DNA from: the human T2T-CHM13v2.0 reference genome, Homo sapiens
Strand: one strand, 5' to 3'
Assembly (NCBI RefSeq): GCF_009914755.1
Contig: NC_060938.1
Length of the DNA: 64,000 nucleotides
The notes under the pieces are model-generated. The model saw nothing but the letters and a program-made list of their open reading frames with translations. It was not told the DNA's origin and searched no databases. The position numbers and the translations under genes were made by a program. Shown piece after piece: positions 43,101 to 58,100 of the stretch (the first letter of the stretch is position 1; each line of letters opens with the position of its first letter).

Positions 43101-46100
43101 TGGTTGATTCCATTCCATTCCATTCCAATCGATTCCATTCCATTGCATTCCAAGCCATTCCCTTACATTGCATTCCACTCGGGTTGTTTCCATTCCATTC
43201 CATTCCAATCCATTCCACTCCATTCCATTCCATTCCGTTGTATTCCATTCCACTCGGGTCGTTTCCATTCCATTACAGTAATTTCCATTCCATTCCATTG
43301 CTTTCCATTCCATTCCATTCCATTCCATTCCATTCCATTCCATTTGACTCAAGTTTATTCCGTTCCATTCCATTGCATTGCAGTTGATTCCATTGCATCC
43401 CATTCCGTTCCATTCCATTCCATTTCACTCTGGTTGATTCCATTCCATTCCATTCCATTCCATTCCATTCCGTTCCACTCAGGTTGATTCCATTCCATTC
43501 CATTCCATTTTATTCCACTCCACTCGGGTTGATTCCATTCCATTCCATTCCATTCCATTCCATTCCATTCCATTCCATTCCATTGCATTCCATTCGTGTT
43601 GATTCCATTGCATTCCATTCCATTCCACTCCAATCCATTCCATTTAATTCCATTCCAGTTGATTCCATTCCTTTCCATTCCATTCCTTTCCATTCCATTC
43701 CGTTTCATTCTACTCGGGTTGATTCCTTTCCATTCCATTCCATTCCATTGCATTCCATTCCATTCCATTCCATTTCATTCTATTCGATTTCATTCCACTG
43801 GTGTTTATTCCTTTCCACTCCATTCCATTCCATTCCATTTTATTCCATTCCATTCCATTCCATTCCATTCCATTCCAGTACATTCCACTCGGGTTGATTC
43901 CATACCATTCCATTCCATTCATTCCTTTCCATTACATTCCATTCCAGTCGGGTTGATTCCATTCCATTCCTTTCCATTCCATTCCATTCCTCTCGGGTTG
44001 ATTCCATTCCATTCCATGCCCTTTTATTCCATTCGATTCCATTCCGTTGCATTCCATTCCATACCATTCCACCAAAGTTGACTGCATTGTATTCCATTCC
44101 ATTCCATTCCATTCCATTCCATTCCTTTCCTTTCCACTTGGGTTGATTGCATTCCATTCAATTCCATTCCGTTCCGTTCCATTCCATTCCATTCCATTTC
44201 CTTCCATTGCATTCCACTGGGGTTGATTCCATTCCATTCCATTCCATTCCATTCCATTCCATTCCATTCCATTCCTTTCCGTACCCTTCGGGTTGATTCC
44301 TTTCCATTCCATTCCATTCCATACCATTCCACTCCATTCTGTTCCATTCCATTCGGGTTGATTCTGTTCCATTCCATGCCCTTTTATTCCATTCCATTCC
44401 ATTCCATACCATTCCACCAATGTTGATTGCATGTTATGCCATTCCATTCCATTCCATTCCATCCATTCCATTCCTTTCCACTCCGGTTGATTCCATTCCA
44501 TTCAATTCCGTTCCGTTCCGTTCCTTTCCGTTCCATTCCATTCCGTTTCATTCCATTGCATTCCACTCGGTTTGATTCCATTACTTTCCATTCCATTCCA
44601 TTCCATTCAATTCCATACCCTTCGGGTTGATTCCTTTCCATTCCATTCCATTCCATTCCATACCATTCCACTCCATTCTGCTCCATTCCTTTCCGGTTGA
44701 TTCCGTTCCATTCCATGCCCTTTTATTCCATTCCATTCCATTCCATTCCATTCCATTCCATTCCAAATTCCATTCCGTTCCATTCCATTCCTTTCCACTC
44801 GGGTAGTTTCCATTCCATTCAATTCCATTCCGTTCCGTTCCGTTCCATTCCGTTCCTTTCCATTCCATTCCATTTCATTCCATTGCATTCCACTCGGGTT
44901 GATTCCATTCCATTCCATTCCATTCCATTCCATTCCATTCCATTCCATACCCTTCGGGATGATTCCTTTCCATTCCATTCCATTCCATACCATTCCACTC
45001 CATTGCGTTCTATTCCATTCGGGTTCATTCCATTCCATTCCGTTCTGTTACAATTCTTTCCATACCATTCCACTAGTGTTGATCCCATAGCATTCCATTC
45101 CATTGCATTCCATTCCATTCCAGTCCACTCGGGTTGATTCCATTCCATTCCATTCCAGTCCATTCCATTCCATTCCATTCCTTTCCATTTGATTCCATTC
45201 CATTCAATTCCATTCCATTCGGGTTGATTCCATTCCATTCCTTTCCATTCCGTTCCATTCCATTCCATTCCATTCCAATTGATTCCATTCCATTCCATTC
45301 CATTCCATTCCATTCCAGTTGATTCCATTCCATTGCATTCCATTCCAATTGATTCCATTCAATTCCATTCCATTCCATTCCATTCCATTCATTCCATTCC
45401 AGTTGATTCCATTCCATTCCATTCCATTCCATTCCCTTCCATTCCATTCCATTCCATTAGACTCGGGTTGATTCCAATCCATTCCATTCGAATCCATTCC
45501 ATGCCATTGCATTCCATTCCATTCCATTCTTGTTGATTCCATTCTGTTGAATTTCTTTCCATTCCATTCCATTCCATTCCATTGTATTCCACTCGAGTTA
45601 ATTCCATTCCTTTGAATTCCTTTGCTTTCCATTCCATTCCATTCCATTCCTTTTCATTCTATTACACTCGGTTGTTTCCATTCCATTCATTTCTTTTCCA
45701 TTCCATTCCATTCCTTTCCATTCCACTCATGTTGATTCCATTCATTCCATTCCATTCCATTCCATTCCATTCCATTCCAGTTGATTCCATTGCATTCCAT
45801 TCCATTCCATTCTATTCTATTCCTTTCCATTCCACTCGGGTTGATTCCATTCCATTACATTCCATTCCGTTCCACTCGGTTTGATTTCATTCCATTCCAT
45901 TCCATTCCATTCCATTTCACTTGGGTTGATGCCATTCTATTCCAATCCATTTTATTCCTTTCCATTCCATTCCATTCCATTCCATACCATTCCGCTCGGG
46001 TGGATTCCATAACATTCCATTCTATTCCATTCCATTCCTTTCCATTCCATTCCATTCCACTTGTGTTGATTCCATTCCATTCCTTTCCATTCCATTCCAT

Positions 46101-49100
46101 CCCATTCCATTCCATTCCATTCCATTCCATTCGGGTTGATTCCATTCCATTCCATTCCATTTCATTCCATTCCATTCCATTCCATTCCATTACACTCCAT
46201 TCCATTCCATTCCACTCCATTCCAATCCATTCCATTCCACCCAGATTGATTCCATTCTATTCCATTCCATTCCAGTTGATTCCAATGTCTTCCATTCCAT
46301 TCCATTCCACTGCATTCCATTCCACTCCATTCCACTCGGGTTGATTCCATTCCATTCCATTCCATTCCATTCCACTCGGGTTGATTCCATTCCATTCCTT
46401 TCCATTGCATTTCACTCGGGTTGATTCCATTCCATTCCATTCCATTTTATTCCATTCCATTCCATTCCATACCTTTCCATTCCACACGGGTAAATTCCAT
46501 TCCATTCCATTCCATTGCATTCCATTCCATTGCATTCCATTCGGGTTGATTCCTTTCCATTCCATTCCATCCCATTCCATTCCACTCCATTCCATTCCAT
46601 TCAATTCCTTTCCATACCACTACGTTCTATTCCATTCTATTCCACTCGGGTTTATTCCATTCCATTCCAATCCATTCCATTCCATTCCATTCCACTCGTG
46701 TTCTTTACATTCCATTCCATTCCATTCTATCCCGTTCCTTTCCATTCTATTCCGTTCCATTCCATTCCCTTACACTGGTGTTCATTCCATTCCGTTCCGT
46801 TCCATTCCATTCCATTCATTTCCATTCCTTTCCATTGCACTCCACTCGTGTTCATTCCATTCCATTCCATTCTATTCCGTTCCATTCAATTAAATTCCAG
46901 TCCATTCCATTCCATTCCAGTTCATTCCATTCCTTTCCATTCCATTCCATTCCCTTCCATTCCATTCCATTCTCTTCCATTACATTCCATTCAATTCCAT
47001 TCCGTTGCATTGGAATCGGGTTGATTCCAATCCATTCCATTACATTCCAGTCTTTTCCATTCCATTCCATTCCACTCGGTTTGTTTCCATTACGTTGAAT
47101 TGCATTCCATTCCATTCCATTCCATTGAAATTCATTGCATTCCATTCCACTTGGTTTGTTTCCTTTCCATTCCATTAGTTTCCAATAAATTCCCTTCTAT
47201 TCATTCCATTCCATTCCATTCCACTCATGTTGATTCCGTTCCATTCCATTCCATTCTAGTTGATTCCATTGCATTCCGTGCTGTTCCATTCCATTCCACT
47301 CCATTCGAATCCCTTCCACTTGGGTTGATTCCATTCCATTACATTACATTCAATTCCATTCCATTGAATTCCATTCCATTGCATTCCATTCGGGTTGATT
47401 CCATTCCATTCCATTGCATTCCATTCCATTCCATTCCATTTCCTTCCATTCCAGTTGATTCCATTCCATTCCATTCCATTCCATTCCATTCCATTCCATG
47501 CCATTCTATTCCACTAGGGTTGATTTCATTCGATTCCATTCCATTCCTGTTTTCCCTTCCATTCCATTCCATTCCATTCCACTCTGGTTGACTCCATTCC
47601 ATGCCATTGCATTCCATTCCTTTCTATTAAATTCCATTCTTTTCCATTCCATTCCTTTCCACTCGAGTTGATTCCATTCCATTCTATTCCATTCCGTACC
47701 ATTCCGTTCCATTCCATTTCAATCGGGTTGATTCCATTCCATTCAATTCTATTCCATTCCATTCCATTCCATTCCATTAAATTCCATTCCATTCTATTCC
47801 ACTCGGGTAAATTTCATTCCATTCCATACCTTTCCATTCCATTCCATTCCATTCGCATTCCATTCCATTAGTTTCTAATCGGGTTGATTCCAATCTTTTC
47901 CAATATATTCAAGTCCTTTCCATTCCATGCCATTCCACTCGGGTTGTTTCCATTTTGTTGTATTCCATTCCATTCCATTCCATTGCATTGCATTCCACTC
48001 GGGTTGTTTCCATTCCTTTCCATTAGTTTCCATTCCATTCCATTCCTTTCCATTCCATTCCAATCCATTCCTTTTCACTCAAGGTAATTCCATTCCATTC
48101 CATTCCAATGCATTCCATTCCAGTTGATACCATTGCATTGCATTGTTTCCATTCCATTCCATTCCATTCCATTCCATTACATTCCATTACATTACATTCC
48201 ACTCGGTTTTATTCATTTCCGTTCCATTCCATTCCATTCCATTCCATTCCTCTCGGGTTGATTCCATTCCATTCCATGCCCCTTTATTCCATTCGATTCC
48301 ATTCCCTTCCATTCCATTCCATTCCATTCCATTCCATTCCATTCCATACCATTCCACCAAAGTTGATTACATGCCATTCCATTCCATTCCATTCCATTCC
48401 ATTCCTTTCCACTTGGGTTGATATCATTCCATTCAATTCCTTTCCATTCCGTTCCGTTCCGTTCCGTTCCATTCCATTACACTACATTCCATTTCATTGC
48501 ATTGCATTCCACTCAGGTTGATTCCATTCCATTCCACTCCATTCCATTCCATTCCATTCCATTCCATTCCATTCCATTCCATTCCATTCCGTAACCTTCG
48601 GATTGATTCCTTTCCATTCCATTCCATTCCATACCATTCCACTCCCTTCGGTTCCAATCCATTCGAGTTGATTCTGTTCCATTCCATGCCCTTTTTTTCC
48701 ATTCCATTCCATTCCATTCCATTCCTTACCATTCCTCCAAAGTTGATTGCATGTTATTCCATTCCATTCCATTCCATTCCATTCCATTCCATTCCTTTCC
48801 ACTTGGGTTGATATCATTCCATTCAATTCTGTTCCATTCCATTCCATTCCGTTCCATTCCATTTCATTCCATTGCATTCCACTCAGGTTGATTCCATTCC
48901 ATTCCACTCCATTCCATTCCATTCCATTCCATTCCATTCTATTCCATTCCATTCCATTCCATTCTGTAACATTCAGATTGATTCCTTTCCATTCCCTTCC
49001 ATTCCATACCATTCCACTCCATTCTGTTCCATTCCATTCCAGTTGATTCTGTTCCATTCCATGCCCTTTTTTTCCATTCCATTCCATTCCATTCCATTTC

Positions 49101-52100
49101 TTACCATTCCACCAAAGTTGTTTGCATGTTATTCCATTCCATTCCATTCCATTCCATTCCATTCCATTCCATTCCATTCCATTCCTTTCCACTCGGGTTG
49201 ATTCCATTCCATTCAATTCCGTTCCATTCCATTCCATTCCATTGCATTCCACTCGGGTTGATTCCATTCCTTTCCATTCCATTCCATTCCATTCAATTCC
49301 ATCCCCTTCGGGTTGATTCCTTTCCATTCCATTCCATTCCATTCCATATCATTCCACTCCATTCCGCTCCATTCCATTCGGCTTGATTCCGTTCCATTCC
49401 ATGCCCTTTTATTCCATTCCATTCCTTTCTATTCCATTCCATTCCATACCATTCCACCAAAGTTGATTGCATGTTATTCCATTCCATTCCATTCCATTCC
49501 ATTCCATTCCATTCCATTCCATTCCATTCCTTTCCACTCGGGTTGATTCCATTCCATTCTATTCCGTTCCGATCCATTCCGTTCCGTTCCGTTCCGTTCC
49601 ATTCCGTTCCATTCCATTTCATTCCATGGCATTCCACTCGGGTTGATTTCATTCCATTCCATTCCATTCCATTGCATTCCATTCCATTCCATTCCATACC
49701 CTTCGGGTTGATTCCTTTCCATTCCATTCCATTCCATACCATTCCACTCCATTCCATTCCATTCAATTCGGGTTGATTCCATTTAATTCCGTTCCGTTCC
49801 ATTCCATTCCATACCATTCCACTACGGTTGATTCCATGCCATTCCATTCCATTGCATTCCATTCCATTCCATTCCACTCGGGGTGATTCCATTCCATTCC
49901 ATTCCAATCCCTTCCATTCCATTCCATTCCATTCCATTCCATTCCATTCCATTCCATTCCACTCGGGTTGATTCCATTCCATTCAATTCCATTCCATTCC
50001 ATTCCATTCCATTCCATTCCATTCCATTCCATTCCACTCCATTCCTTTACATTCCATTCTACTCTGGTTAATTCCGTTCCATTCAATTCCAATCCATTCC
50101 ATTCGATTCCATTCCATTGGGGTCCATTCCATTCCATTCCATTCCGATCCGTTCCTTTACATTCCATTCAATTCCATTCTGTTCCTTTCCTTTCCTTTCC
50201 ATTCCATTCAATTCCATTCTGTTCCTTTCCCTTCCTTTCCATTCCATTCTATTCCATTCCATTCCATTCCATTCCATTCCACTCCATTCCACTCGAGTTG
50301 ATTCCATTCCATTCCATTCCATTCCGTTCCGTTCCATTCCGTTCCATTCCATTCCATTCCATTCCATTCCATTCCATTCCATTAAATTCCATTCCATTCC
50401 ATTCCATTCCATTACTTTCAAATCGGGTTGATTCTAATCCATTCCATTACATTCAAGTCTTTCCATTCCATGTCATTCCTCTTGGGTTGTTTCCATTCCG
50501 TTGAATTCCATTCCATTCCATTCTATTCCATTCCGTTCCATTCCATTCCAATCCATTCCATTGCTTTCCATTCCACTCGGGTTGTTTCCATTCCATTTCA
50601 TTAGTTTCCATTCTATTCCATTCCATTCCATTCCATTCCATTGCATTCCATTCCATTCCATTTCACTCAGGTTGATTCTGTTCCATTCCATTGTATTCCA
50701 TTCCAGTTGATTCCATTGCATTCCATTCCTTTCCATTCCTATGTATTCCATTACATTCCGTTACACTCGTGTTGATTCCATTCCATTCCAATCCATTCCA
50801 TTCCATTCCATTTAAATCCTTTCTATTCCTTTCAATTTCATTCCATTCCATTCCTTTCCTCTCGGGTTGATTCCATTCCATTCCTTTCCATTCCGTTCCA
50901 TTCCATTCCGTTCCATTCCATTCCATTCCATTCCATTCCATTCCATTCCATTGCGTTCCACTCGGGGTGATTCCATTCCATTCCATTCCATTCCATTCCA
51001 TTCCATTCCATTCCATTTCATTCCACTACATTGCATTCCATTTGGGTTGATACCTTTCCATTCCATTCCATTCCATACCATTCCATTCCATTCTGTTCCT
51101 TTCCATTCGGGTTGACTCCATTCCATTCCATTCCATTCCATTCCATTCCATTCCATTCCATTCCATTCCATTCCATCCCATTCCATTCCATTCCATCCCA
51201 TTCCATTCCATTCCATTTCATTCCATTCCATTGCATTCCATTTGGGTTGATACCTTAAAATTCCATTCCATTCCATACCATTCCATTCCATTCCGTTCCA
51301 TTCCATTCAGGTTGATTCCATTCCATTCCTTTCCATTCCTTTCCATTCCATTCCATTCCATTCCATTGCATTCCACTCCATTCCAATCCATTACATTCCA
51401 CTCAGGTTGAATCCATTCCATTCCATTCCAATGCATTCCATTTTATTCAGTTCCACTCGGATTCAATCAATTCCATTCCATTCCATTCCATTCTATTGCA
51501 TTTCATTCCATTCCATTCTACTCAGGTTGATTCCATTCCATTCCATTCCATTCCATTCCATTCCATTCCATTCCATTCGACTCGGGTTGATTCAATTCCG
51601 TTCCTTTCCATTTCATTCCATTCTATTCCATTCCATTCCATTCCACTCGGGTTGATTCCATTCCATTCCATTCCATTGCATACCGTTCCATTCCATTCAA
51701 CTCGGGTTGATTCCATTCCATTCCATTCCACTCGCATTCAATCTATTCCATTCCATTTCATTCCGTTCTGTTCCATTCCATTCTATTGCATACCATACCA
51801 TTCCATTCCACTCGGGATGATTCCATTCCATTCCATTATATTCCGTTGCATTCCATTCCATTCCATTCCACTCCGGTTGATTCCATTCCATTCCATTCCA
51901 TTCCATTCCATTCCATTCCACTCGAGTTTTTTCCATTCCATTCCTTTCCATTTCATTCTATTCCATTCCATTCCATTCCATTCCATTCCATTCCATTCAA
52001 TTCCATTCAATTCCACTCCATTCCATTCCATTACTCTCTGGTTATTCCATTCCATTCCATTCCATTCCACTCGGGTTGTTTCCATTCCATTCCATTCCAT

Positions 52101-55100
52101 TTTATTCCATTCCATTCCGTTGCATTACATTCAATTCTATACCATTCCACTCGGGTTGATTCCATACCATTCTATTCCATTCCATTCCATTAAATTCCAT
52201 TCCATTCCATTCCACTCGGGTAGATTCCATTCCATTCCATTCCATTCCATTCCATTCCATTCCATTAAATTCCATTGCATTTCATTCCATTCCATTAAAT
52301 TGCATTCCATTCCATTCCATTCCATTAAATTTCATTCCATTCCATTCCATTCCATTCCATTCCATTCCATTCCATTACTTTCTAATCGGGTTGATTCCAA
52401 TCCATTCCATTATATTCAAATCCTTTCCATTAAATGCCATTCCACTCGTGTTGTTTCCATTTTGTTGTATTCCATTCCATTCCATTCCAGTCCATTGCAT
52501 TCCATTCTATTGCATTCCATTCCACTCGGGTTTTTTCCGTTCCGTTCCATTAGTTTCCATTCCATTCCATTCCTTTCCATTCCATTCCACTCATGTTGAT
52601 TCCATTCCTTTCCATTCCAATTCATTCCATTCCAGCTGATACCATTGCATTGTATTGTTTCCTTTCCATTCCATTCCATTCCATTCCACTCGGTTTGATT
52701 CATTTCCATTCCATTCCATTCCATTCCATTCCTCTCGGGTTGATTCCATTCCATTCCATGCCCTTTTATTCCATTCCATTCCATTCCATTCCATTCCATT
52801 CCATTCCATTCCATTCCATACCATTCCAGCAAAGTTGATTGCATGCTATTCCATTCCATTCCGTTCCATTCCATTCCATTCCATTCCGTTCCTTTCCACT
52901 TGGGTTGATTCCATTCCATTCAATTCCGTTCTGTTCCGTTCCTTTCTGTTCCATTCCATTCCATTCCATTCTATTGCATTCCACTGGGGTTGACTCCATT
53001 CCATTCCATTCCATTCCATTCCATTCCATTCCATTCCATTCCATTCCATTCAATTCCATTCGGGTTGATTCCTTTCCATTCCATTCCATTCCATACCATT
53101 CCACTCCATTCCGTTCAATTCCATTCAGGTTGATTCTGTTCCATTCCATGACCTTTTATTCCATTCCATTCCATTCCATTCCATACCATTCCACCAAAGT
53201 TGATTGCATGTTATTCCATTCCATTCCATTCCTTTCCACTCGGGTTGATTCCATTCCATTCAATTCCGTTCCGTTCCGTTCCTTTCCGTTCCATTCCATT
53301 CCGTTTCATTCCATTGCATTCCACTCGGTTGATTCCATTCCTTTCCATTCCATTCCATTCCATTCAATTCCATACCCTTCGGGTTGATTCCTTTGCATTC
53401 CATTCCATTCCATACCATTCCACTCCATTCCGCTCCATCCCATTCGTGTTGATTCCGTTCCATTGCATGCCCTTTTATTCCATTCCATTCCATTCCATTC
53501 CATACCAATCCACTCCATTCCGCTCCATTACATTTCGGTTGATTCCGTTCCATCCCATGCCCTTTTATTCGATTCCATTCCATTCCTTTCCATTCCATTC
53601 CATTCCAATCCATTCCGTACCATTCCACCAAAGTTGATTGCATGTTATTCCATTCCATTCCATTCCATTCCATTCCATTCCATTCCATTCCATTCCATTC
53701 CATTCCATTCCTTTCCACTCGGGTTGATTCCATTCTATTCAATTCCGTTCTGTTCTTTTCCGTTCCGTTCCATTCCAGTCCATTTCATTCCATTGCATTC
53801 CACTCGGGTTGATTCCATTCCTTTCCATTCCATTCCATTCCATTCAATTCCACACCCTTCGGGTTGATTCCTTTCCACTCCATTCCATTCCATATCATTC
53901 CACTCCATTCCGCTCCATTCTATTCGGGTTGATTCCGTTCTGTTCCATCCCCCTTTATTCCATTCCATTCCATTCCATTCTATTCCTTTCCATTCCATAC
54001 CATTCCTCCAAAGTTGATTGCATGTTATTCCATTGCATTCCATTCCATTCCATTCCATTCCATTCCATTCCATTCCATTCCATTCCTTTCCACTTGGATT
54101 GACTCCATTCCATTCAATTCCGTTCCGTTCCATTCCGTTCCGTTCCATTCCATTCCATTTCATTCCATTGCATTCCACTCGGGTTGATTTCATTCCATTC
54201 CATTCCATTCCAATCCATTCCATTGCTTTCCTTTCCACTCGGGTTGTTTCCATTCCATTTCATTAGTTTCCATTCCATTCCATTCCATTCCATTCCATTC
54301 CATTCCATTCCATTTATTCCATTCCATTCCATTCCATTCCATTTCACTCAGGTTGATTCTGTTCCATTCCATTGTATTCCATTCCAGTTGATTCCACTGC
54401 ATTCCATTCCTTTCCATTCCTATGTATTCCATTACATTCCATTACACTCATGTTCATTCCATTCCATTTCAATCCATTCCATTCCATTCCATTCCCTTCC
54501 ATTCCATTCCGTAGCATTCCACAAAGTTTGATTCCATACCATTCCATTGCATTTCATTCCTTTCCATTCCATTCCAATCCATTCCATTCCATTCCATTTA
54601 AATCCTTTCTATTCCTTTCCATTTCATTCCATTCCATTCCTTTCCTCTCGGGTTGATTCCATTCCATTCCTTTCAATTCCATTCCATTCCGTTCCGTTCC
54701 ATTCCATTCCATTCCATTCCATTCCATTCCATTGCATTCCATTCGTGTTGATTCCATTGCATTCCATTCCATTCCACTCCAACCCATTCCATTTAATTCC
54801 ATTCCAGTTGATTCCATTCCTTTCCATTCCATTCCTTTCCATTCCATTCCGTTTCATTCTACTCGGGTTGAATCCTTTCCATTCCATTCCATTCCATTGC
54901 ATTCCATTCCATTCCATTCCATTCCATTTCATTCTATTCGATTTCATTCCACTGGTGTTTATTCCTTTCCACTCCATTCCATTTCATTCCATTTTGTTCC
55001 ATTCCATTCCATTCCAGTACATTCCATTCCTGTACATTCCACTCGGGTTGATTCCATACCATTCCATTCCATTCATTCCTTTCCATTACATTCCATTCCA

Positions 55101-58100
55101 GTCGGGTTGAATCCATTCCATTCCTTTCCATTCCATTCCTTTCCTTTCCATTCCATTCCTCTCGGGTGGATTCAGTTGCATTCCATTCCATTCCAATGCA
55201 CTCGGTTTGATTCATTTCCATTCCATTCCATTCCATTCCTCTCGGGTTGATTCCATTCCATTCCATGCCCTTTTATTCCATTCGATTCCATTCCGTTGCA
55301 TTCCATTCCATACCATTCCACCAAAGTTGACTGCATTGTATTCCATTCCATTCCATTCCATTCCATTCCATTCCATTCCATTCCTTTCCTTTCCACTTGG
55401 GTTGATTGCATTCCATTCAATTCCATTCCGTTCCTTTCCATTCCATTCCATTCCATTCCATTTCCTTCCATTGCATTCCACTGGGGTTGATTCCATTCCA
55501 TTCCATTCCATTCCATTCCATTCCTTTCCATACCCTTCGGGTTGATTCCTTTCCATTCCATTCCATTCCATACCATTCCACTCCATTCTGTTCCATTCCA
55601 TTCGGGTTGATTCTGTTCCATTCCATGCCCTTTTATTCCATTCCATTCCATTCCATACCATTCCACCAATGTTGATTGCATGTTATGCCATTCCATTCCA
55701 TTCCATTCCATGCATTCCATTCCTTTCCACTCCGGTTGATTCCATTCCATTCAATTCCGTTCCGTTCCGTTCCTTTCCGTTCCATTCCGTTCCGTTTCAT
55801 TACATTGCATTCCACTCGGTTTGATTCCATTACTTTCCATTCCATTCCATTCCATTCAATTCCATAACCTTCTGGTTGATTCCTTTCCATTCCATTCCAT
55901 TCCATTCCATTCCATACCATTCCACTCCATTCCGCTCCATTCCATTCGGGTTGATTCCGTTCCATTCCATGCCCTTTTATTCCATTCCATTCCATTCCAT
56001 TCCATTCCATTCCATTCCATTCCATTCCATTCCTTTCCACTCGGGTAGTTTCCATTCCATTCAATTCCATTCCGTTCCGTTCCGTTCCATTCCGTTCCTT
56101 TCCATTCCATTCCATTTCATTCCATTGCATTCCACTCGGGTTGATTCCATTCCATTCCATTCCATTCCATTCCATTCCATTCCATTCCATACCTTTCCAC
56201 TCGGGTAGTTTCCATTCCATTCAATTCCATTCCGTTCCGTTCCGTTCCATTCCGTTCCTTTCCATTCCATTCCATTTCATTCCATTGCATTCCACTCGGG
56301 TTGATTCCATTCCATTCCATTCCATTCCATTCCATTCCATTCCATTCCATACCCTTCGGGATGATTCCTTTCCATTCCATTCCATTCCATACCATTCCAT
56401 TCCATTGCGTTCTATTCCATTCGGGTTCATTCCATTCCATTCCGTTCTGTTCCATTGCTTTCCTTACCATTCCACTAGTGTTGATCCCATAGCATTCCAT
56501 TCCATTGCATTCCATTCCATTCCATTCCACTCGGGTTGATTCCATTCCATTCCATTCCATTCCAGTCCATTCCATTCCATTCCATTCCATTCCTTTCCAT
56601 TTGATTCCATTCCATTCAATTCCATTCCATTCGGGTTGATTCCATTCCATTCCTTTCCATTCCGTTCCATTCCATTCCATTCCATTCCAATTGATTCCAT
56701 TCCATTCCATTCCATTCCATTCCATTCCATTCCATTCATTCCATTCCAGTTGATTCCATTCCATTCCATTCCATTCCAATTGATTCCATTCCATTCCATT
56801 CCATTCCATTCCATTCCATTCATTCCATTCCAGTTGATTCCATTCCATTCCATTCCATTCCCTTCCATTCCATTCCATTCCATTCCATTCCATTAGACTC
56901 GGGTTGATTCCAATCCATTCCATTCCTATCCATTCCATGCCATTGCATTCCATTCCATTCCATTCTTGTTGATTCCATTCTGTTGAATTTCTTTCCATTC
57001 CAATCCATTCCATTCCATTCCATTCCATTCCATTCCATTCCATTCTCTTCCACTCTAGTTAATTCCATTCCTTTGAATTCCTTTGCTTTCCATTCCATTC
57101 CATTCCATTCCTTTTCATTCTATTACACTCGGTTGTTTCCATTCCATTCATTTCTTTTCCATTCCATTCCATTCCTTTCCATTCCACTCATGTTGATTCC
57201 ATTCATTCCATTCCATTACATTCCATTCCATTCCATTCCAGTTGATTCCATTGCATTCCATTCCATTCCATTCCATTCTATTCCTTTCCATTCCACTCGG
57301 GTTGATTCCATTCCATTCCATTCCATTCCGTTCCCCTCGGGTTGATTCCATTCCATTCCATTCCATTCCATTCCATTTCACTTGGGTTGATGCCATTCTA
57401 TTCCAATCCTTTTTATTCCTTTCCATTCCATTCCATTCCATTCCATACCATTCCACTCGGGTGGATTCCATAACATTCCATTCTATTCCATTCCATTCCT
57501 TTCCATTCCATTCCATTCCACTTGTGTTGATTCCATTCCATTCCTTTCCATTCCATTCCATCCCATTCCATTCCATTCCATTCCATTCCATTCGGGTTGA
57601 TTCCATTCCATTCCATTCCATTTCATTCCATTCCATTCCATTCCATTCCATTACACTCCATTCCATTCCATTCCACTCCATTCCAATCCATTCCATTCCA
57701 CCCAGATTGATTCCATTCTATTCCATTCCATTCCGTTCCATTCCATTCCAGTTGATTCCAATGTCTTCCATTCCATTCCATTCCACTGCATTCCATTCCA
57801 CTCCATTCCACTCGGGTTGATTCCATTCCATTCCATTCCATTCCATTCCACTCGGGTTGATTCCATTCCATTCCTTTCCATTGCATTTCACTCGGGTTGA
57901 TTCCATTCCATTCCATTCCATTTTATTCCATTCCATTCCATTCCATACCTTTCCATTCCACACGGGTAAATTCCATTCCATTCCATTCCATTGCATTCCA
58001 TTCCATTGCATTCCATTCGGGTTGATTCCTTTCCATTCCATTCCATCCCATTCCATTCCACTCCATTCCATTCCATTCAATTCCTTTCCATACCACTACG

